This document shows positions 27,561 through 35,700 of a DNA stretch of 64,000 bases, piece after piece; position 1 is the first letter of the stretch, and the number at the start of each line of letters is the position of its first letter. Source of the stretch: an uncultured Spirochaetota bacterium (GTDB lineage Bacteria > Spirochaetota > UBA4802 > UBA5550); the NCBI GenBank assembly GCA_942493035.1, contig OW818666.1:3028702-3092701 (forward strand), in the 5' to 3' direction. The position numbers and the translations under genes are program-made. The notes beneath the pieces are model-generated. The model ran no database searches and had not been told where the DNA came from. It saw nothing but the letters and a program-made list of their open reading frames with translations.

Positions 27561-30500
27561 TCAAACTTCGAACTCCAGCACAAACCGGGTCCCGTTACCT
27601 CGCTCAATCCTTATGTTCCCGTCTATCTGTTCAGTAAGCATACCTACAAGCTGCATACCAAATCCGGATGAATTTTCAAATTTTACTGTTTCCGGGATTC
27701 CAACTCCATCATCCTCAATTATCATTACGGCTTTACAGCCCTTAAGAACTGCGGATACGTTTATAGATCCGCCATCTCTGCCGATAAATGCATATTTCAT
27801 CATATTCGTTATAAGTTCATTTACTATAATCCCTACGGGAACCAGTGTTTGAACATGAAGATCAAAGTCATCAATTTGACTCTCTATTTTTACATTTTTA
27901 TTTTTAGGAAAATTATCTGCAATCTCGGAAACAAGCCCCGGAAGGTATTCGCGGAGAGATACTTCATTAATATTTTCAGTACGGTATAGTTTATCGTAGA
28001 GAACCATCATACTCTGAACACGGCTTTGTGCATCTTTTAAAGCATCAACAGCAACAGCATCAGTCAAAGACTCCGACTGCAGAGCAAGAAGCCCATTAAT
28101 GGTACTCATGTTATTCTTTATACGGTGATGAACCTCTTTCAAAAGAATATCCTTTTCCAGAAGAAGACTTCTTATTTTCTCTTCGGCATCTCTCCTTTCA
28201 AGCTCGCCAGCCGCGCGTATTGCCACCATTTTTAAAATAGATTCGGCAAGACGGGGATTCTCCATCTTATCCCGCCCGATAACAGCTATGAGCCCAATCG
28301 GTTCACCATTGGATCCCCAGAGTGTAACTCCGGCATAGCTCTCGGCTTTCATCTCCTGAAGTACAATATCCTTTGGAAAAAGCACTCTCACATTTGTTTC
28401 AAATGTACAGATGGTCTTACCGGCAACTACACCACAAGGTGTGTCATTAAGTGTATACTCAATGTTATCCTCAAACTCGCCGTCAAAATAAACAGCAACC
28501 GTCCGTGCCGAAAGCCCGCCCCCCACAAGTTTGTCAATACACACAAAATCCATCTTTAAAGTTTCAGCAAGATACCTGGCCAGAGACTGAAAGAAATCAT
28601 CCCCTCCTGATGAACCCGAACTTCCCATTATTAAAAACATCTGAGTCTTTTCTATCTGCCTGGACTCGGTTATATCATGGGAAAAGACCACCATTCTCTG
28701 ACGTCCATCATCGTATTGATAAACACTGCTTCGGCATTCGAAAGTATGATAACTCCCTTTTTTATGACGAAAGCGCCACTCATCTACAGAAATTCCGTTT
28801 TCTGATTTTAGTTCTAAAAATTTTAGTCTGGCAGACTCAATATCATCGGGATACATCTGTTCAATAGTGTTCCTTCCGAGTAATTCGTCGGGACTGTAAC
28901 CAAGCACATCTTTATAACGTTCACTGACAAAAGTATATCTTCCGTTTTCATCTATTTCACATATTAGTTCACTGCTGTTTTCAATAATCCGATTTAAATT
29001 TTTCCGGCTCTCCCGAAGCTCAAACTCTGCTTTTTTACGGAGAGTAACATCACTGAGAGTCCCGACCATTCTTAACGCTTTACCTTCCGAATCGGTTTCA
29101 ACTGCTTTGCCGCGGATGCAGACCCAGAGCCACTCCCCTGATTTCATTTTCATTCTTAAATCTATATTGAATTTGAGTCCGCTATCAGTACTCTTTTTAA
29201 GATCGGTCTCTACGCGATCTATATCTTCAGGGTGAACGAGCACTCTCCAGGAATTATAATTTGCGGGAAATTCATTATCAGTGTACCCGAGAGTTTTGTA
29301 GTACTGCTCACTAAAATATGCCTTGCCATCCGGGACATGCCAGTCCCAGATTCCATCGTCAACAGCAGCAAGTGCCGAGGAGAATCGATCTTCACTTATT
29401 TTAGTTTTCTCCTCTGCGCGTTTAAGATCCGAGATGTCTCTTGATACACCTAATACTCTATCAACCTGACCATCCCCTGCGAAAATCGGAGTTACACGCC
29501 AGTCGAGAGTAACCTTACCATCGGCTCCCTCCCACTCAAAGACTTCCATTTGTGCTTTGCCTGTATCAAAAACCTTCTGAATTTTTTCCTCCCACAATTC
29601 GCACTGTGCCGGATCATATCCCAGTTCCCTGTGAGTTCTGCCAATAAACTCATCCCATGTTGTGTTGCTGACTTTTAATGTAGCATTGTTTGCATATATA
29701 TGTCTTTTTTCTTTATCATAAACCATAATATAGTCTGTACTGCTTTCAGCAAGGCTCCGGAACTGCTCCATGCTTTCACTAAGTTTTCTATCCATTCCAC
29801 TCCTGTCTGTAATATCATGGATAATGGAAAAAAGAAGTTTATTTTCATTAATGGTTACCGGAGATGAGTAGACCTCCACGGTTCTGATTTCAGAATTTGC
29901 AAGTCTGTGAGGAAAAACAAAATGAGTTCTCTTATCATCTTTAGCGCGCTGCATCTCCTCTGCAATTTCATCAGAAGATAAAACATTAATATCCTGTATC
30001 TTCATCCTGCGGAAATGATCCGGTTCATAGCCATAAAATAATTCAGCAGAGTGATTGGCATCGATAATATATCCGCTCACGGGATCTATAAGAAGCATAA
30101 CTGCATGGTGCTGGAAAAACATTCCTCGAAATTTCTCCTCGCTCTTTTCAACTTCTCTTTCACTTACGATCAGTCTTTCATTCGTTGAAATTAATTCCTC
30201 ATTGGTCGCCTCCATCTCCTCCATGGCCGCAGTCAGTTCCTCGTTTGTCGCCTCCATCTCTTCTATTGTCGCGTTTAACTCTTCATTAAGCGTTTCCAGC
30301 TCTTCATTCTTTGATTTAATCTCCTCTTCTGAACGCTTCCTTTCTGTTATATCTTCAAAAATAACACAAAACCGGTCTTTACCTTCGCCAGGTCGATAAA
30401 CATTGCAATGATATATTTTATTTGTCGAAATATTAAACATCTCAAATGAACTAGCCTCGCCTGTAATAACAACGTCACGGCATTTGCTTATCCAACTATC

Positions 30501-31472
30501 TTCTATGTCAGGGAAAATCTCATGAACTGTCTTACCTTGAACTTCATCATTTTTTAACCCGGTTATCCTCTCATAGGCTTCATTGATATAGATATAACGG
30601 AAACTGATAAACTCACCGGTTTCATTAAAAACAGATTCATATGAAACAAATGCATTTATCATTCTTTTAATAATCAGCTCTAAATTTTTCTGACTTACAG
30701 CAAGGGCATCTTCGGCAAACTTCCGCTCGGTATTATCAGAGAGAATACAGTGCGTCTGCTTAAAGCTTCCATCCTCCTGGTATCCAACTCTCCCCTCGAA
30801 AGCAATATATCTTCTGCTGCCATTTTTATGCATCATCTGAAATTCAGAGTGTATCTTTCCCTGTGCTTTAAATATAGGAAACCTTTCACGGAATGCTTCA
30901 ACGTATTCCGATGCGAGAAAATCTCCAAACCATCTCCCCGCAACCTCCTCTCTGCTGTATCCTAGAGTCTCAAGCCATTTCTGATTAACCTCAAGAAAAC
31001 AGCCATTCTCATCAAGAGACTGATAACCCAGGGGTGCCCTGTCAAACATGGAATAAAAATGCTCCTCACTCGCCTTAATTTTCTTATTTGCTTCAACAAG
31101 CTCAAAAGCCATCTCAATGGAAGATTGCAGAACGAAATCTCCGGAACTCTTTATGACATAACCGTAACGCGTAATACCGCGGACACGATCCACCATCTCC
31201 CGCTCGGAATGAGAAGTATGAAAGACTATGGGAATATCACGTCTGGCAAGAATCTGTTTTGCAGCCTCTGTCCCGTCTATTCCATTCCCCAGATCTATAT
31301 CCATAAGAATAAGATTTATATTCCCGTTTAAAGTGGAGAGCTCCACAGCTTTTTCACCTGAACCAGCAGTTAAAACATTGTAGCCAAACCTCTTTAAAGT
31401 CTTGGTAATAACAATGGAAATTATAGCCTCATCCTCAACAAGGAGAATGGTTTTATTTGTGTCATTATTCAT
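27561..31472 (-). CDS. Large hybrid kinase: receiver, multiple PAS, long NEEL coiled coil, GAF, HisKA_2 and HATPase.
   Basis: Start placed at ATG 31472 (MNNDTNKTILLVEDEAII; AAGGA SD 9 nt upstream). The longer ORF reaches 31523. Heptads NEELETLNEELNATIEEMEATNEELTAAMEEMEATNEELISTNERL. GAF-like region LIGLIAVIGRDK. H-box EVHHRIKNNMSTINGLL. Confidence 0.85.
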   Translation of the reverse strand: MNNDTNKTILLVEDEAIISIVITKTLKRFGYNVLTAGSGEKAVELSTLNGNINLILMDIDLGNGIDGTEAAKQILARRDIPIVFHTSHSEREMVDRVRGITRYGYVIKSSGDFVLQSSIEMAFELVEANKKIKASEEHFYSMFDRAPLGYQSLDENGCFLEVNQKWLETLGYSREEVAGRWFGDFLASEYVEAFRERFPIFKAQGKIHSEFQMMHKNGSRRYIAFEGRVGYQEDGSFKQTHCILSDNTERKFAEDALAVSQKNLELIIKRMINAFVSYESVFNETGEFISFRYIYINEAYERITGLKNDEVQGKTVHEIFPDIEDSWISKCRDVVITGEASSFEMFNISTNKIYHCNVYRPGEGKDRFCVIFEDITERKRSEEEIKSKNEELETLNEELNATIEEMEATNEELTAAMEEMEATNEELISTNERLIVSEREVEKSEEKFRGMFFQHHAVMLLIDPVSGYIIDANHSAELFYGYEPDHFRRMKIQDINVLSSDEIAEEMQRAKDDKRTHFVFPHRLANSEIRTVEVYSSPVTINENKLLFSIIHDITDRSGMDRKLSESMEQFRSLAESSTDYIMVYDKEKRHIYANNATLKVSNTTWDEFIGRTHRELGYDPAQCELWEEKIQKVFDTGKAQMEVFEWEGADGKVTLDWRVTPIFAGDGQVDRVLGVSRDISDLKRAEEKTKISEDRFSSALAAVDDGIWDWHVPDGKAYFSEQYYKTLGYTDNEFPANYNSWRVLVHPEDIDRVETDLKKSTDSGLKFNIDLRMKMKSGEWLWVCIRGKAVETDSEGKALRMVGTLSDVTLRKKAEFELRESRKNLNRIIENSSELICEIDENGRYTFVSERYKDVLGYSPDELLGRNTIEQMYPDDIESARLKFLELKSENGISVDEWRFRHKKGSYHTFECRSSVYQYDDGRQRMVVFSHDITESRQIEKTQMFLIMGSSGSSGGDDFFQSLARYLAETLKMDFVCIDKLVGGGLSARTVAVYFDGEFEDNIEYTLNDTPCGVVAGKTICTFETNVRVLFPKDIVLQEMKAESYAGVTLWGSNGEPIGLIAVIGRDKMENPRLAESILKMVAIRAAGELERRDAEEKIRSLLLEKDILLKEVHHRIKNNMSTINGLLALQSESLTDAVAVDALKDAQSRVQSMMVLYDKLYRTENINEVSLREYLPGLVSEIADNFPKNKNVKIESQIDDFDLHVQTLVPVGIIVNELITNMMKYAFIGRDGGSINVSAVLKGCKAVMIIEDDGVGIPETVKFENSSGFGMQLVGMLTEQIDGNIRIERGNGTRFVLEFEV

Positions 31473-31549
31473 TATTGAAGGTCCTTTTCGATATAAAAGA
31501 ATATATTTTTCAATATAACACATTTATCATAAATAAACAACTCAATTCA

Positions 31550-31592
31550 ATCACACGAACGTGTGATTTTTCTATCACACGTTCGTGTGATG
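31550..31592. promoter_or_regulatory. Two tandem 18-bp palindromes, ATCACACGAACGTGTGAT and ATCACACGTTCGTGTGAT, ~80-120 bp upstream of the hybrid kinase start. Operator-like.
   Basis: Read directly. Core ACACG-AA/TT-CGTGT is shared with the palindrome at 2042-2061 upstream of another receiver-PAS gene. Centres are 25 bp apart. Confidence 0.45.
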
Positions 31593-31595
31593 CGG

Positions 31596-31940
31596 GAAAT
31601 CTGCCACCCCGCCCCCACTGTCGCTCCCCCTCTGGCCTCTGGCCATCTCCCCCCTGGTGAAAGGGTGGAGAAAAACGCGGAATGTTTCGTATATTTGTTG
31701 AGACGCAGCATGCTGCGTATCTACAAATATACGTACACCTTTCACCATCTTACCATGGGGAAAGGTGCCTGGCGGGCGGATAGGGGCAGGGCGCCGAAAA
31801 AACACAAAACATTCCGAACTACCCTTTCACCATCTCACCATGGGCGACGAACAGGATGTTCTAGTGTCGAGTGCGTGCAGGACGCACAAATTGCACTCGA
31901 CGAAAGGTGCCCGGCGGGCGGATAGGGGCGAGGCGGGCCA
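31596..31940. repeat. Composite GC-rich REP-like repeat cluster in the divergent intergenic region between the kinase and cheD paralog 2.
   Basis: Contains CATCTCCCCCCTGGTGAAAGGGTGGAG, the ACGCAGCATGCTGCGT palindrome and three CACCATGGGG-GAAAGGTGCC units. Ends GGTGCCCGGCGGGCGGATAGGGGCGAGGCGGG. One unit carries the 36-nt bulged hairpin at 31865-31900. Confidence 0.65.
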
Positions 31941-32013
31941 CAAAAATTCTTATTGCATTAATCGCTGATTTTATCTATATTATAACTGCTACATAAAACT
32001 ATCAGAGAATAAG

Positions 32014-32568
32014 ATGAAACCCACAGTAAATATACATATTGGCGATTACTACTCCAGCAGAACACCCGTTGTTATAACTACAGTCCTGGGGCCATGCGCA
32101 GCAGTCTGCCTTTATGACGCGGATAATAAAATAGGAGGGATGAATCATATACTTCTTCCGGGAGATTGCCCCGCCGAAATGGGTGATGGTGATTCCAGAT
32201 ATGGTATAAATGCCATGGAACTTCTGATAAATCAGATGATGAAACTCGGAGCTAACCGCTACAAACTCACTGCAAAAATATTCGGAGGGGCGTCCATTCT
32301 CTCCACAGTATCTTCCGAGTTCTGCATGGGGATGAGAAATATCGAATTTGTAGTGGATTTTCTGTTAACAGAAAAAATACCAATACTCAACTACAATTTC
32401 GGAGGAGTAGACTCCCGGAGAATATTCTACCACACCGACACAAGCGACGTGCTTCTAAAAAGAATAAAATCAAGAGAAGCAATCAACGAATTTGCCCATG
32501 TCCAGCAGAGACGGCTCGACTTAGAGAAGAGGATAAAGAAGTCATCGAAAATTGTTTACTTTGACTGA
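32014..32568 (+). CDS. cheD: CheD-like chemoreceptor glutamine deamidase, paralog 2.
   Basis: VLGPCAAVCLYD and GGMNHILLPGD motifs. ~70% identical to the 4017-4571 product, with the same C-terminal extension KRIKSREA...RRL.LEKRIKK. Confidence 0.8.
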   Translation: MKPTVNIHIGDYYSSRTPVVITTVLGPCAAVCLYDADNKIGGMNHILLPGDCPAEMGDGDSRYGINAMELLINQMMKLGANRYKLTAKIFGGASILSTVSSEFCMGMRNIEFVVDFLLTEKIPILNYNFGGVDSRRIFYHTDTSDVLLKRIKSREAINEFAHVQQRRLDLEKRIKKSSKIVYFD

Positions 32569-32580
32569 GGAAGATAGAGA

Positions 32581-32760
32581 CGCCACACACCATGGCCGCA
32601 CCCGCCCCCTCTGTCGCGATGCGACATCTCCCCCCTGGTGAAAGGGTGAAGAAAAATGCGGAATATTTCGTATTACCCTTTCACCATCTCACCATGGGGA
32701 AAGGTGCCCGGCGGGCGGATAGGGGCGGGGCGTGGCGGAACCGTGCGAGCCAATGCAACT
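32581..32760. repeat. GC-rich REP-like repeat unit, same family as 31596-31940. Sits between the convergent cheD-like and giant kinase genes; likely terminator function.
   Basis: CGACATCTCCCCCCTGGTGAAAGGGTGAAG...TACCCTTTCACCATCTCACCATGGGGAAAGGTGCCCGGCGGGCGGATAGGGGCGGGGCG. 11-bp stem GGTGAAAGGGT/ACCCTTTCACC. Confidence 0.6.
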
Positions 32761-32764
32761 AGAT

Positions 32765-35700
32765 TCACACCCCCACAGAAAAAACAATCTCCACTCTGGT
32801 ACCACTCTTTTTAGAAATACTAACAGTCCCGCCAATCTGCTCCGCAAGTGCAGAAACCAGATTAAGTCCAAAACCTCCGGACCCTGATGCTATTACTTCA
32901 TCGGAGACACCGGCACCATCATCACTGATACATAAAGTTACATTATCATTCTCTTTCTTAATAGAGACTTTTATAATACCCTCTCTTCCATCTGGAAATG
33001 CATACTTAAACGCATTGGTAATAAGTTCATTTATGGCAATACCAACCGGGAAAATCGTCTTTGTATCCAGTATAAAATCATCAATCTCTTTTATAATGGT
33101 AATCTGTCGGGCATTTTCAAAAATAAGAAATATCTCATCTATAAACTTTTCAAAATATTCTTTAATATGCATCTTGCGGTAATCTTCAGATCTGTAAAGT
33201 TTATCATACATAAGCATCATGCTCTGAACACGGCTCCGTGCATCGTTAAGAGCAGTTATCGCAGCAGCATCACTCATAGAAGCTGCCTGGAGCATCAGCA
33301 GACCTGAAATTGTATTCATATTATTTTTAATCCGGTGATGTACTTCACTAAGAAGAAGCTCCTTCTCTTTAAGAAGAGAGTTTATCGTTTCAAAAGATTT
33401 TCTGCTTTCAGAAACATCCCTGCTGAAGACTGCAATACTTACAACTTCACCGGCACTGTTTTTAATAGGGTAAATATGACTATCGAGAGATAAGCCCCCC
33501 CTTTCATCCGAAATAACAAGCGGCTGACCTGCGCTGATAACCTCTTTTATTTTTTCAAGTCTCGAAGCTGCAAGCCCGGGTGAAAAATAACTGAACATAT
33601 TCGATCCGATCATCTGATCGACACTTACCCCAAACCTGTCAGAAAGAGTTTGGTTCGCCTCAAGAACAATACCATCAGGTGTCATAAGAAAAACACCGTC
33701 AGTAGTCGAGTTCATAAGCGCTTTAAGTTTTGATTCTGATTCACGGAGCTTCTCTTCAATCATCCTTTTCTGGATTACAGCCTGAATATTTGACATGAAT
33801 ATTTTAAGATTAATCCTCTCATTATCACTGTAACCATTTTTAGAGTTTGCAACAGCAGCAACGGACTTTATCCGGCCGTTAACAAAAACAGGGATGACCA
33901 TCAGGTTCTCCACTTTAACATGCCCAGAAGGCAGGCCCTTTTTTGCCGGATTATCCGCGCTGTAATCATTTATAATTATATCTTCACGTAACCTCACAGC
34001 TTCAGCCCAGATACCGCATTCACTTATTTGATACTGCTGCGGCTTCTGATCCATCATGCAATCTTTCATAGCCTCGCCCGACCATGAGTATATAGTCATA
34101 GCTTTTTCATCGTCATTTATAAAACCGTAAAAACCATACCTGCTGTCTGTTATACGGACAATTGTAGCAAGAATATTATCACAAATAGTTTTAATATCAT
34201 CATCTGCATGTTTTGCCACATTCCAAAGATCATCAAGCCTGGCAAGCGCGGTTTCAGTCTCCATACGGTCGATCTTCTGTTCAGTAATATCCCTGTTGCT
34301 CCCTCTCCGGCCTGCAAAATTTCCGGCATTATCATAAACAGCACGGCAGGTGTGCCCTATCCATTTTACAGATCCGTCTCTGGTGGTAATTCTGAATTCA
34401 GTTTCATTCTCTTCGGGGAACTGATGGACTTCATTATTTTTAAAACACGGACTATTACAATCATCAGGGAAAACTAAACTGCGGAATAATAATTGATCGT
34501 TTACAAACTCATCCTTTGTGTATCCTGTAATTCTTTCACATGACGGCGAGCAGTAGATCATACGTCCGTCAGTCCCGATCCAGAACTCCCAGTCATATGG
34601 AAAATCCGCTATCGTTCTATATTTTTCATAATCGGCAGCAATCCTTTTTTCAAGTTTTCTTTTTTCAGTAATATCCTTTCCCATCACAAGCACAGCCGGA
34701 CCATCAGGAAGAGTTATCGGGAAAGAAGCCGATTCCGTCAGGCAGCCTGTTCCATCAGGTCTCACAAAAGTTAACTCAATGGGAGGATTAGCATCACCTG
34801 TCATTGCCCGCTTTTCTCTTTTTTTTATTTCAAGCATATCCTTTTGTGATAATGTATCTGCTACATCTTTTCCAATAACATCTCCCGGCATTTTAAATCC
34901 CAGTATTTCTGCTCCTGCAATGTTCGCAAAAATATACTTCCCATTCCTTAAAAGCAGTAATAAATCCGGATTTTTATCCACGATAAGACGGTATCTCGTT
35001 TCGCTCTCTTCAAGTTCCTTCATCATCAGCTTTTCTGATAATGCGATTGCAATATTATTTCCAAAATGTTCAAACAGGTTTATAAGTTTTTCAGTGAACA
35101 TCCCTTTCCGTTTATCATTAAGCTGAATTGTACCGAATGTTTTACCGCCCGTCCGGAGAGGGATCAGAGCCACAGATTCGTAACCCATCCCATTACACCT
35201 GTTCCTTGTTCTGGCCTGTCTGTCTTCATCGGTTGTGGACTTGAGAAGATCCGTTGTACAATTTGACCAGAAACTCCCCTGTCCGGTAAAAAACGGCTTC
35301 GATGGATCAAACCTGCCTCTTATAATATTGCCGCACATGCACTCAATAACAGGATTACCAATGTCATCCCGCAGAAGCTGACCATTAATATCATAAGCAC
35401 AGAGTGAATTTTCCAGTTTAACAAACTCCCGGGAAAAACCATCTGTTTCAAAATAGGGATAATCATCCCCCTCTTTAAGACGTATACCTACGGCCTCACA
35501 GCCTGACCAGTTTTTCAAAAATATGATAACCGACTTCATAAAATCATGAAGATCACTATCGGCATTAATAATACTCAAAAGATCAATAATAGCTCTTCTC
35601 TCATCATCGACCACTCTTCTTTCAGTCATATCCCTGCTTATTCCAAGCAATGATGTAATTTCGCCGTTTTTATAAAGTGGAGTCTTAACCGTATCAAAAT

